Source: Hydrurus foetidus (lineage: Eukaryota). From it: a stretch of DNA of 64,000 bases. Positions 1 to 12,232 of the stretch are shown here, piece after piece. The translations under genes and the position numbers were made by a program. The notes under the pieces were generated by a model. It was not told the origin of the DNA, did no database searches, and saw only the letters and a program-made list of their open reading frames with translations. The stretch is from NCBI GenBank assembly GCA_900617105.1, contig UYFQ01000083.1, positions 1 to 64,000 of the forward strand. The letters run 5' to 3'. How positions within the stretch are numbered: the stretch's first letter is position 1; every line of letters begins with the position of its first letter.

Positions 1-3000
1 GGACTAATATAGTAAACATTGAGCGTATCGAAGATAGCATAATCTGAAGTTGCAAAATGAGACGCATTGATCTTAGGATCTTTTGCACTCAATTTTTGAC
101 AACACGGACAGTTCTGTATGAACGTACGTACATGTTGTTTCATGTGTTTCCATACTTGTTGTAAACTAAACAACCGAGTAAGGGTACGGTCTACGCCGTT
201 GTGACCGACAATTGCATTGTGGCACATTTGAATGTATTCTAACTGATCGTCTGAAGCCGGTTCTATGACCGTCAGAGCTGATACAGTGAAAGACGATGAT
301 GAAGTTGGAAGTAATTCCAATTCCTCTGTTCGTAACGGCAGAGCAATTTCTGTCAGATTAGGACATAGCCTTGACAGTGCGTCTGCCAAAACATTCGAAG
401 TACCGGGTACGAATACCACGGTAAAATCTAGTTCTTGCATAGCAATGAACCATCTCGCCACCATTGAGGTAGGATTTTGTTTCATATATGTTATGTTCAA
501 ATGATCCGTATGGATAGTGAACGTACGATCTCTGATTAGATAATCGAGTTGTGTACAACAATAGAAGATGGCATAAGCCTCTTTTTGTATCGTAGACCAC
601 CTTATTTGTGTGGGTGTCAACGATTTGCTAATGAAAGCAATTGGTTGCCAAATGGCACCAACAACTTGGAATAAGACCCCACCGATACCAAAGTCGGATG
701 CGTCTGTATACAAGCGGATGTCTAACTTATTGTCATCAATGAAGTACATTAATGGACAACGAGATATAGCAATCTTTGTGTCAACAAATGAGTTGGTGCT
801 CTTTTGAGTCCAAACTACAGCAGAACGTCTCGGAGCAGAGTGATCAATCATATCCTGCATTGGCTTAACCAAAGTGGAATGCATTGGTACAAACTGTCGA
901 AAATAGTTCGCTAAACCCAAAAATGACCTGAGTAAGGTTAAATTTTTAGGTATAGAAAAGTTTAAAACTGTTTCTATCTTCTCTTTTGACATGGATAGAC
1001 CATCTTTGTCAACGACTCTGCCAACGTATTCAATACGTGGAAGGCCGAAACGGCATTTTTTAGCTTTGAGTCTTAGACCCTTAAGTCTAAATCTTGCAAA
1101 AACTTTTTTCAAGTTAGTAAGAAACTCTGCTTCACCCTTGCCATATACTATACAATCGTCGAGATACATCTCGCAACAATGATAGATAAGGCCATAGAGG
1201 ACCGCCGTTACCATCTGCTCTTGAAAGTAAGAGGGGGCACGACACGGACCAAAGGGCAGTCTCGTAAACTGAAAGACCCCCACAAAGCATATGAATGCCG
1301 TAAAAATGCGGTGTGAGGAGTGTAGCGGTGCTTGATGATAACCTGCGGTTAAATCCATCACACCAAAAATATCCGGTTTTTTATTACCAATTCTCTCAAA
1401 GAGGTGTTTGATATTTGGCAACGGAAATGAGGCCGGCTTAAGACACCTATTAAGTGGCCGGTAATCGATGCAGGTTCGAAATTTCCCGGGTGACTTAGTT
1501 ACTATTACAGAATGACTGTAATAAGCGGCATCTATAACCCCTGATGAAAGCATCTCGTCGAGATTTTCTTTGAGAGCAACCTCTTTCGTTGATGACTGGG
1601 GACGTACCGGCGTACGGTTTTCGTCTTTTTCCCACAACTCAAGTGGGATGTTAATCTCAAAGGGTTTAAGTGACGCTGGTTTCTCAGCTAATTGATCACT
1701 GAAGATGTCTGAATATTCAGAACAGAGCTCTCGGAGCTTCCTTTGAAAGCTTTCATCTCCTTCAAAGGTAATCTCGTTGAGGAAATCCTCTGGCCCTTTG
1801 GGCAAGTCATCTTGACTAGGTTTCTCCGCCAAGAAGGGGGCAAACGTATCTATCTTGCCATCGTCAATCTCGTCAACTGAGAGTGCGACACCACTGGGCC
1901 ATAAAGGCTCAGTGACATAGTCTAAGGTATCAGAGTCCTCAGAAGTGTCTGTAGGGGTGGGAATCTGGTCGCCACCTAGGTGCGGTGTATCACCCGTACG
2001 TTTTGCGAGAATAGTAGTGACACTATTCAGTCGCTCACAACCTAAAACACCACAGGGATCTTGGGTCGCGACTCCCTCGATTTCCATCTGAGTATCGTTA
2101 CATGTCGACATTGTATGGACACAAGAGACGTTGCTTTGCGAAGAAGCTTGACCATGCAATATGCTCTTCTTGTTTGGATACTCGTTAGATCCATGTGTTT
2201 CTCTCTTTTTAGAGGGTGGTTTACCGCCTGGATATTTCAGCTTGTCGTAGTGAGGTGTTAAAGACTCGACTACGGCTGTATCAGGTTCGGTACCCAACGC
2301 AATCATACGACGCGTATATTTGTGTTGAAACAACGGATCGAGTTTATCCAAAGCTTCTTTTCTTTCGAATTCGCGTCTGCGAGCATCGCTCTTTCTCTTA
2401 ATCTCAGCACTAAGCTCAGGAGAAATGCCGAATGCAAACGGAGTTAACGTCCAAAAATCATATTTATTTACCGTTTCACAGCTACATAATATGTCTATGT
2501 CGGTTTTCCGATTGACCCTCATGGGTAGGCTGATGCTATGGCATTCTCCATCGTAAGAATGAAATAAGATTTTTAAATCGCAAATTTTGTTATTTAGGTA
2601 ACATTGGCCATCGAGGCCGCTGCAAACAGTTATGGCTTTAAGAGCAGGATAACATAAATGAGTAGCATTTAATTTTTATATCATATCATATGAAATAAAA
2701 TTATCAGAATAGTTGGCCGTATCCATTACGGCCTTCCCCGCGGCGCGCAGCTCGCTTGCTGGGCCTGTCCTGTCCTTATCCTGCACGATAACCGTAACGT
2801 CAAGGTGGTGAGAAGCTAGGGTGGAAGGGGTATGTAAAAATTCTTCAAGAATAGGTACAAGTGGCAGCACTTCGAGATGATCATCAGTAAGATTAAAGAC
2901 ATCATCATCGAAAGTGGCAGCCACGCAGTCATGGGCAGGGTTCTTACACTGGTTTTGTTCCGGCTGAGTGTTGGGAGGAGGATTGTGTCCCTGCGGGGGG

Positions 3001-3062
3001 TTGTATTTAACCTTACCGCCACCCACGGCCCGGCCGCATTGTGGGCCTTGACTTTGCCTCAA
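1..3062 (-). pseudogene. Gypsy pol (PR-RT-RH-start of INT), disrupted
   Basis: In-frame TAA at 2676-2678 and a frameshift near 2390. The RT-RH-INT frame is then open to the window edge, so it is absent from the ORF track. The expected first integrase Asp reads LNVYYIS instead of L-x-x-D-x-x-G. Confidence 0.88.
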
Positions 3063-3071
3063 CTTACCTCG

Positions 3072-4384
3072 TCAACCCTGGTTACCATGGTTACCATAAC
3101 CAGATTGGTTTTGGGAGTTTCCCCCTTGACCCTGGTTGGAACGGTCTGAACCATCCGAGGTGTTGGGGTAGTTCACAGAACCATGGCTGTTCTTGGCGCG
3201 CTTGTTGTCGTTACACATCAAGTAAGGTTTAGAACCTTTGGGGTAAAACTGAACTCGTTCCTCGTATCCTGGAAGGACGAGGTTGAGTTGCCATTCAGTA
3301 TACCCCACCGCAGCCCAAGCCATCCCCACTGTAGAACTCTCCCACTCAACTTGATGATTCGTGTTGGAGTCGGAGTAATACAAGATGGGGCAGTCTGCCA
3401 ACGTGTGCGACGTAGCTCCGCACGACCGGCACGGACGAAACATCGGTACGAGCGGTACTTCCGTGGAAGCACGGACAGAGAGTCCGTGCTGCGTCGGAAC
3501 GTACGAGCTAGGGGTACGCACTGTCGCAGTGACTGACCTCGACGAAGCGGAGGGTGTAGGTGAGGGTGCTTTAGCACTCGCTCTACTCGCTTCCTTCTTA
3601 CGCACATCTGGTGGAACTGCTGATGCAGGAAACGAGTACACCGTCTCCGGGTTGCCATAGCTTTTGATGGGGTTCATCATTGCCCTAGCCTCGGCAAGAA
3701 CCTGACCAATGCGTAGCATAGTCGAATACCACGTATGAGGTGGGATGTTGTCAGCAGCTTTTGCTTTCAGGTAGTCTTGTTGAATTTGACTACCCTTAGC
3801 TAGGCGCTTCTCCAAAATCAAGATGAGCTCAGCATGCTGAGTCTCAGATAATGGTCCCTTAGACCTCTCATAAGTGCTCACAAGTTCGTTGTAACGTACG
3901 AATGTGGCATTCTCATGATCGTGGTTAGCGATCTGATAATGGAAAGGACCTTGGCTAAAGCTCTCTGCTAGATTACATTCTCCCAAACCATTTGGCAAGA
4001 AGTACTTTATTATCAGTTTGGCTACCTGAAGTACTGACAATTTAGTCTGCCAATCATGGCGTTGTCGTCTATCGATGATGTTAATTAAATTGTCGTGATC
4101 CTGAAATTCAGCAATTCGATTGCCTGCTTTTGCATGCAATCAGTTAGCTTCATCGATGGGTACCTCTGAGCCTGTTCGTAGAACTCAGTCGCATCAGCTA
4201 CATCAATGAAGTTATGCCTGAGGACGAACACCTCACCCTGGAGTTGCACTGTCGAGGGGAAAGCTGGGAACAACGAGTTCGACATTGAGATAGACGACTC
4301 GTTGAGCGCGGCTAAAGCTGCCAGACGTGCAACCTCCTCCTCTTCAGGAGATGGATCAGGGTTTGGATTAGGTGGTGATGACAT
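3072..4384 (-). pseudogene. Gypsy gag-like region, frameshifted
   Basis: Overlapping ORFs 4085-4384 and 3072-4139 in different frames. CCHC-like knuckle CRSCGATSHTLADC. In frame with the protease region across TGA at 3072-3074. Confidence 0.75.
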
Positions 4385-4737
4385 GTCTAATCACTTATCG
4401 ATGTAAATCTCACTGAAAGTCAGTGGAGATTGATAACCTCTGCTCAAAAAACAAATTCAAGAGCTTCGCCTCGCTCACAAACGGGTACTGTAACGTTAGT
4501 AACAACGAATAGAGTGATTCTAACCAACTCTTGAACTGAAAAGTTCTATGGCGTGAAAGCCAAATTTAGACTGGTAGAAAATATAGGGTACCGTAAAGGT
4601 AGAAGACGTTGCTCAACGTCGACGAAAAGAAGTCTCTGGACCAATCTTATGTCTCTGGTGATGAGTCTGTGATTCAATCGACCAGCGGAGCAAGTCTAAA
4701 TGACTTCTGGGAAGGATAAATCCACTTCGACCAAGAA

Positions 4738-5165
4738 TGTCAAGTTTGGAAGAGCCCAAGCACGGGGATTCCAAGAAAGCAGGTAATCTGACTTTCTCTA
4801 ACTTAGACTAGGTTCTCTGAGCCAATGGCTGCAGAAGAAAACGGCTCGAAAGTCGTTGAGCTGAAGCTCAGAAGTCTAATCTACAGGTTGGGACGAGTAG
4901 ATGAAATGAGGAGTAGCAGAGAAAAGAGTGGACTAATAGCGCTATTGTAGTCCAGATAAGAAGTAGGTCGATAGAGTGGAGGTGATAGTTAGTTACAGTC
5001 TAAGCTAGAAGCTAGGATAAACTTCTACGAGTAGGCTAGAGCTAGTCAGCAGCTGTGCTAGAGATGTATGTGTACAGTAGGCGGTAGGATCGGATGGATC
5101 AGGACTAGGTCCTGTACGGCCCGTAGGCCCGGTATAGCCGATCCGACCACAGTTGTCGGTCAACA
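4738..5165 (-). repeat. Putative 5' LTR of the Gypsy element (~428 bp)
   Basis: TG...CA termini (minus strand TGTTGA...TTGACA), followed after 4 nt by a TGG-starting PBS-like TGGTCGAAGTGG. The second LTR is outside the window, so this cannot be confirmed. Confidence 0.55.
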
Positions 5166-5690
5166 TTCTTTTTGGAAGTTTTCAGTCAGTAAGAGTCTGA
5201 CATAATTGTTTAGATATTATACCCCGACTCTAAGGAGTGCCGCCGATGAAAATCGTGTCGACAACATTTTGATTTTCATATCCACACATACTACCAAATC
5301 TTTGACGATGGATAGGCGTATGGGATCCCTGAATAATTTGAAGTGGCACCTTTTTCAATTGAGCTATACGTTAGCACATGTATTTTCACTTATATTTATT
5401 TTCTTTCACTTAACTTAAATTTGAAGGAGGAAGGAGTAGTGTAGCCTAGCGCGTACTTTCACCGTACACTTCATACACACTTGTATATAATTCACGTACC
5501 CATAGTCTATTTTCATCCACATCACCTGTCCACCGGTAACGGACGCTCATCAGCATCAGCACCCTTGTAGTCTATCGTTTGTGTCTGTTGTTAGCTGCTT
5601 GCTCGCTTCTTTCACAAACTGTAACTAACCTAACAGTTTACCCAGCATACCGTCTTTACCCGGATTCTTCGTACTCGAATCCGGCCGCGA

Positions 5691-6060
5691 CTACATCGCT
5701 ATGAAATTCCAACACAGAATTAGGAAGAAGTGGCAGGAGATGGATATTTTAAAGTCGACTTGCTGATTCAATGCCTTTTTCGCCAGAAGTTTATATTTTT
5801 TGAATGACATGGGCTGCTTCCCTTCGATGATAGACATTATTCCATCTTGCTTCATTTGCGCAATTTTCCTATTGTATCCTTTAGGGAAATTTTCCAACAT
5901 TTTTTCTGTCTGGTCACTGAATTTCACATTGTTGTTACTAAAGTAATCCTTGATCGCGGTCTTGAAGCACAAATGGCGTCATATGTTCTCCTCCAGTCGT
6001 CTTCTTCTTGCAAATGTGTCAAAAAAATCCATTCCTTTTGTGCAACAAGAAAATGAGCAT
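5691..6060 (-). pseudogene. Crypton-like tyrosine-recombinase transposon fragment
   Basis: KTAIKDYF...GYNRKIAQMKQDG...EGKQPMSF..Y..L...HFFLILCWNFIAM resembles the region preceding the catalytic Arg in stramenopile CryptonS-type YR proteins (recalled motif). Stops on both sides. Confidence 0.6.
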
Positions 6061-6449
6061 CAAAATAAAAGGTAATTGCGATTCGAAATAGGAAAGTGAC
6101 GGAACGGGGAAAGACAGACTCTGCAAGTGCATGTAAGACACAGCTAAGTTCTCCTGGTGCTTTCTATGAGTAACGATGGAATTGAGTTCAGTTCCTACTA
6201 CCTAATCGGTTGGCATAAAAATGATGGAAGCCGGATCCGGGATCTTGAGTCTTGAGATAACTAGACCGGAAACCGGAATCTCCAGCGCGGAACGTGCACA
6301 GAAAACGACGAAACATTCCTCTTTTTTTCCAACTTTCTTCGATGCACTTCGGTCCACAGCCAAGTGCACGTCGCCTTATTCACCGAGAAGAGTGCAGCAC
6401 CCATCGTTTTCTCCCGCAACTTCAGATTTCCAAACGAAATCTTTTTACA

Positions 6450-7002
6450 ATGTCATCTTGGGCTAATACTTACTTCGGAGACCAGCTCCTCACGAAATCT
6501 GGCTTGCAAAGCACTTCGGAAGTTTTGAAGGGAAAGAAATATGTCGGCATATACTTCAGGTCACAAACTCGGTCTCTTTTTCTTCTGACGTGATGGAGCG
6601 ATAAAATAATGCGAACTCTACAGCCTCAACTTTATTTTCGCATTCTTTAATCTTATTTTTAGTGCGCACTGGTGCCCACCATGCAGAGGCTTCACTCCTG
6701 TTCTTGCCGAGTTTTACGATCAACTGAAGGAGGAAGACGAAAACTCTCTCGAAATTATCTTCGCATCCAGTGACAGTGATGCTGACTCCTTCGGCTCATA
6801 CTACGGCGAGATGCCATGGAATGCCATTCCTTTTGACCACCCATCTATCAAAGAGGATTTGGGAACCCGCTTTGAAGTTAGGGGACTGCCAACATTCATT
6901 GTCTTGAGTATGGCTGACGGAAGTGTTAAGGACAAAGATGCTCGTACCACAGTCACTAGTGCGAAAGGCAGCACCGATAAGGCGCTACGCAAGTGGGCGT
7001 GA
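6450..7002 (+). CDS. Nucleoredoxin/tryparedoxin-like thioredoxin (2 exons, intron 6560-6662)
   Basis: Spliced VGIYFS|AHWCPPCRGFTP gives the WCPPC active site; also EIIFASSD, MPWNAIPF, VRGLPT. GT-AG intron. Confidence 0.93.
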
Positions 7003-7649
7003 GTGCTTACTACTTATGTCTCCGAGAGTTTTGCCGGACGTAACCGGAATTCGAGTTGATGAGCATGTTTATAACACATTTTGTAGTCCTCTCCTTTTCG
7101 ACTCTCTCTCATCCAGTACAAGTTGCGTATGCATGATTTATTTGTTAGCAAAAGTAAACATAGAATTGGATTACACCACTTTTTGTTATCTACAATTTGA
7201 TGGCGATTACGCTAGTCACCAGCTGCAATTGCGGACGGAGGGAGGCAAATGCAACAGCAGCCGCTGAAGAGTTGGATTCACTTCAGGCATATTCTCCAAA
7301 ATTAATGAAGATAGTGACGACTCAAGGAGCGGCACTATGACGGAGTTAACCGATTCTGGCCGCACCCCCGGGTTGCCCGGTCACATTTTCGACATTCTAG
7401 GGGTACCTGCTACATCGGTAGACCCAAGAAAATTTAGATAAATATCGGGTCTATTCTACGCGAAAGCCAACGAAAAAGGGGAAGTAGACGTGTACATCGT
7501 ATGCTGACTCATACGCCTCGAGAACAGTGTCAGTTGTTTGATCATTTCCCTAACCATCATATAATCCTCCGGACCTGTACCACGTAGGATGTATAGGCCC
7601 GTCTATTTTAGCATATAATGATTTTCTGTATTGCATCCATTGTTTACCC

Positions 7650-10600
7650 TTACTTGGCGCCTTCGGGTGCTGCTGCTGCAGGGGGGACCACTGCGACCTC
7701 CTTTTCTTTTTCCTTCTCAATTGTTATCTTTGGGGCAGCAGCAGCAGGCTGGACTCGAGCCGCTTCCTTTTCCTTCTTGTTCGCAGCTAAAAATAAAAAA
7801 AATAATGAAGGTTGGAAATTAAGATTCAAGAAGATGAAGGATGAGTTGTGGAGTTGAAAGAGAATAAGAGAAGAGTGTCTTTTTAAAACCTTTTTAGTGA
7901 AGTCATTGCATCTCACCTTCACTGTTTTTGTCACCACTGCTTTCAGCTGGTGTGACGTCTGCCTTGCCCTCTTTCACCACTCCGTTAGAGCCTGTCCTGC
8001 CTTTTCTGACGAGTTTCTCGAGAGGCTCGTGCGCCTTGTCTCCGCCCTCGACGTTGGTGGGCATCACCTTTTTCTCCATTTTAGGCGCATTCATAGCAGC
8101 GTTCGCAGCGGCAGCATTCTCAAATGCTTTCTGTCCTGCTGTGGCATCGGGAATGGAGAGGTTTGAGAAGGCACTGTCCAGGGTAGTCGCTCCTCCTCTC
8201 TTTCTCCTGCTGTCCCGCTCCTTGTTTCGTGGAGTTCCGGTAGCATCCGGCTCAGCATCCGCTTTGACCGTTTCAGTCTTGCTTTTGTTTCCCTTTCTGT
8301 TCGCTTGGCGCATCATACCTCCAGCATCATCAAATGAAGCGGGAGGAGGAATGGCTATCAGAGGTGCCTCGGAATCGCCACCTCTGTTCTTACTCTTGGT
8401 GTTGGAAGGAGCAGGGATGGAGAGGAGAGGGTCGACAGCCTTGACAACTCTAGCACTGATGGATGCCTTTCCCCCTGAGTTGTCTTTGTCTTTAGCAGCT
8501 GAGTTATTTCTTACGTTTCTCTCACCGCCTCCAGCCGCTCCGGCCCCTCCCTTAGAGTATCGATCACCCCTGTCACCCCTGTCTCTTTCACCTCTTCTCT
8601 CCCCCCTGTTGTTGCTGTCCCGATGATTCTCATCATGATGTCCCCATGTGCCACTCGCCTCAGCTCCACCCCTTCCTTCTCCTCTCCCTTCTCCTCGTCC
8701 TCCCCTGTTGCCGTTTCCTCCCCTCTCTCTATTTCCCTCCCTGTCACGTCCGTCCCGTCCGTCCCGTCCCTCACGACCCTCTTTGCCCCCCTCTCCTTCT
8801 GGGCGATTGGAGGACGAGGAGTTGTTGAAATAGTTGTACTGCTTTTTAAAGGCGTACAAGTCTTCTCTGGCCTTCCTTTCCGTCATCTCAATTTCAATCT
8901 GCTTGTCCACGTACTCCATCTGCAATTTAGTGCGTATGTACGGATGAGAATTGTCAGGTTTTGCCTTTATGTGTGACGGTGCATTGATTGATGTGATAGT
9001 GATTAACCTGTGTGTCGAGCATCATTCTAACACCTCTCACTGCTGTGCTTGTGCCGATGATGATGAGGGTGTTTGCCGATCGGTCAACCCGCGCTACCAT
9101 TGCGTCTGACGTTGTTTTGATATCCGCTGTGATAGGAATAACAGAAGAGTATTAGACAATAGAGTACGCCTTAGTGCATGTGGTTTGCATTTTGTCAGTG
9201 ATGCACATGGATGGAAATGCACACGCAGAGACGGACGGACATGTGGCGACTCCCATCTGAGTGAAAGAGAAGAAGTGCAGTGCTGCAGGAACCACCCTAA
9301 AACAATGTTCACTTAAATGTCGTAACAGACAGCATCGCGATGATTTGAAAGGAGGAAGGAAAAGAGAAGAAGAGGAGTGATTATTGTGTACGTACTTAGC
9401 ATGCCGTAGTCGTGGCTCAAGTACTCTATTTGGTGCGGCTTTAACTCGTGTGTCTCTGTGAACAGTTCAAGCATCTCTCTCGCCATTTGCACTGAGGCAG
9501 CGTCTGGGCCGACCACGGTGATGTGACCTTCGTTAAAGAGTTCGGAGTAGATGATCAGATAGTTGGATAGGATGTCAGTGTCGGAGAGAAGAAAGAGAGA
9601 GGCAAAGGAAATGGTAGGTTACTAGTGAGAGGAAAGGGGAGGAGAGGAGAGGAGAATAGAGGTAACGAAGGTGCGTAAATGGTAGTAAGGGAATGGGGGA
9701 GGGGGAATGAGGTAAGGAAGGTCAAATAATCCGAAGAGTAGAGTACCTGTTTTTCCATCGACATTAACAGAGCTCACGCCACTATCTTTCTCTACTTGCT
9801 TGATACGCGCTCCTTTCTTTCCGATGGCGATACCCACTAGGTCTGGGTCGATGTTGAAGTCCACGATCATGCCGCTCGCCATCTCACCCTTCGGAAAGAA
9901 AGTACGGGTTGTCAAATAAATCAAAAAAGATGATAATTGATTTCATTCTAATTTGCCACACTATGACCTAGCGCAGAGTGTGAATGTCTCATCTTGCGTT
10001 TCTTCCAGTTGCTCAAACAATCGTTTTAAGATAACAATAGTGTTTTAGTCTTCACCGCCTTATTCTATGTAAGACTACTTAGAAAAATAGTCAAGCTCAG
10101 TTGTGACAGTTAGTTTCCACACCTGTGCGGAGAATAAATCTGTTTGAACTTTTGCTAGTCTGATCTCGGCAGCAATGATTTTGAGATGTTGCTTAAAATG
10201 GATTTCGAGCAGTTTTCTCGCTAGGAGGGCAGCCTCGTCCGTAGTCGAACTGATCGAAATAGATTCGGCGGAACGTTCTGAATTGCGATTAACCGTGATA
10301 AAGTTGATCTTCGATTGTTCCTAATATTGCAATGGTGTCGTAGTGTGGTGGCGGGTTAACTTCGACGTCTAGCAATGTGTAGGAATCATTATGTTGCCAC
10401 ACCTTAACTTTCAGTAGAATCTGTTGAAAATGTGGATCAGCAACGAATTGGCATAGCTCTGGAGGCACCATGACAACTTCACTTTTAAGTTGGTGACTAG
10501 AGGGAATATCATAAGCCTGGTGCCGGATCATGGGAGCTGCACCTGCGACAGAACGCGTGATGGAATGATATTGAAGTCGCAATTTATCTACGGTTAAATG

Positions 10601-10914
10601 TTAAATGGCTTGTTCACTATTGTCATCGTTACCTTGTGATTGTCCGTTTAGGGGTGCTCGTATACTCGCAGAAGAAATTTGAGTTGAGTAGGGAATGTTG
10701 CGATTGTAATCGTTGTTGCGATTTGATTCGCCATTGCGGTTGTAATCTTGATTGTTGCGATTTGACTCATTTCCGCCCTTCGAGAACGGATTCGTCATTG
10801 TTGAGATGTTGCTGTTCTGCCTCAATTTAGTGGGTTAATTTTTCGTCGATATACGAGGTGTTGCATTATTTCCTCACTCTAGACTTACATCTTGGCCTCT
10901 GTAAGAATTTCCAT
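7650..10914 (-). CDS. FMR1/FXR-like KH-domain RNA-binding protein with RGG-rich C-terminus (multi-exon; start 10798 or 10914)
   Basis: KH0-like ARKLLEIHFKQHL, KH1 DPDLVGIAIGKKGARIKQV...ITVVGPDAASVQMAREMLE, degenerate KH2 ending IIIGTSTAVRGVRMMLDTQMEYV, then an RGG/RG-rich tail. The order matches FMRP. Confidence 0.75.
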
Positions 10915-11296
10915 TGTTCATGTCTCGGGAGCCGGTAATGGCTTTTCAAGTTCAACTCAAGCGCTAGTTGCGCTATGCAGAAATGACTGTCGGGCTTGCA
11001 GGACTGAGGTAAACGATAATACTGTGCTTCAACGCGATGTCATACATGTATTTTTCGGAAGATTTCCTCACTCCAAGTCGCTTTTGCTCAACTCCTTGAC
11101 GGCAAAATCTAATAACCTCCGAAGCTGCTGCTATACCGTAGCTAGCCGATGGGCTCCTGTCTGTTGTCAGTTTTCGCAAACATATAAATAATAAGCACAG
11201 TCGTTGTGTCAGCGGTCTATACCGGAACCGGGAACCGAAATTTTCCCCCTCACAGTCCTTTTTTCGAAATTTTTTTTGAGAAAAAACCGTCACAGC

Positions 11297-11467
11297 TATG
11301 GCGCGCCATATCGAACCCCTGTAGAATTTTAGAATTTTACAGCAGTACTGTAAAGAAAAAGAAAATAATCGAACTCGAACTCGAAAAGAAAATCGAACAC
11401 GAAAATTTTCGAGTTCGATTTTTTAATTTTTCTGTAAAATTTTAGGGGTTCGACGTAGCGCGCCATA
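11297..11467. mobile_element. MITE, possibly hAT-type
   Basis: Imperfect 24-bp TIRs TATGGCGCGCCATATCGAACCCCT / AGGGGTTCGACGTAGCGCGCCATA. Flanks GTCACAGC and TACACAGC match at 6 of 8 positions. Confidence 0.7.
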
Positions 11468-12232
11468 TACACAGCAGATCGAGATTCAAGATCCGACCGG
11501 ATCCCCAGCAGTCCACCCGACTACTGCACTGTGTATTATACGGTATAGAACAATTGAACTATTGGACCAAAAATATGATTGAATTCTGATAAAACTCTTC
11601 AATTCTGAGACCGTTAAAGTGACTTCCGCGAATGACAGTGTGATGGCTGTTGCAGCCAGTTTTCTCGGTCAGAGAATGTCGAGTCATCTTTTTTCCTTTT
11701 ATTTTGTGCGTCATAAATATCAATTTGATTATTATCAAATGCATTTCATGACTGTGTCTAATGCGTACTGATTCCTCTTGTCAGATGTGTCAGTGCCGTG
11801 CAGATATATCAGTCGATTGCTAGTGTGCCACAAGTGGAACTTTACTTTCCAACGAATGTTCTCTGCTCGTTGTTGTTGCTCGCAGTACTTCACTGAATAA
11901 AGTGTAGAGCTATTTCGGAGCAATACTCGGCTTGCAAAGAAATGATGATGCTGTACCGCAGTCATAAATAATATTTCCATTCCCAAGATATATCTCGCTC
12001 ATTGTGGCGAAATTAAAAACAGCGGTACAGCCGCATTAAGATTTTAAGGTAAGCAGAAATATGCACGGTACTGTGTCGTTCGTAGGAGTGTGAAAATACG
12101 ACAAATGTATGAAAAATTTGTACATATCATTACAAATAAAACAAAAATGCGCAAAAATTATGGCAACGTATAAGAGCAACGTTTTTCAAATAAAATTAGT
12201 TTGGCCGTATAACCGTATACCGCTCACAAGGC

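Larger units (their letters stand above)
1..5165 (-). mobile_element. Ty3/Gypsy LTR retrotransposon, decayed, truncated by the left window edge
   Basis: Minus-strand order is LTR, gag-like, protease (MDTAN), RT (CIDYRPLN, MDLTAGYYQ, LPFG, YLDD), RNase H (TDASDFGIG, EAYAI, ADALSR), then integrase H2C2 finger (H-N-A-I-V-G-H...CPCC). RT-RH-INT order is Gypsy type. Confidence 0.93.

Noticed and set aside
7928..8626. 232-aa plus-strand ORF and similar long antisense ORFs (e.g. 22453-23205, 48327-48917)
   Set aside because: Antisense shadows of real low-complexity or GC-rich coding exons.
11787..11803. 17-nt match GTGTCAGTGCCGTGCAG also at 51359-51375
   Set aside because: No flanking similarity; a single match of this length is plausible by chance in 64 kb.
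11559..11986. Short ORFs between the FXR-like gene and PAP
   Set aside because: No motifs or coding-like composition; likely UTR or intergenic.
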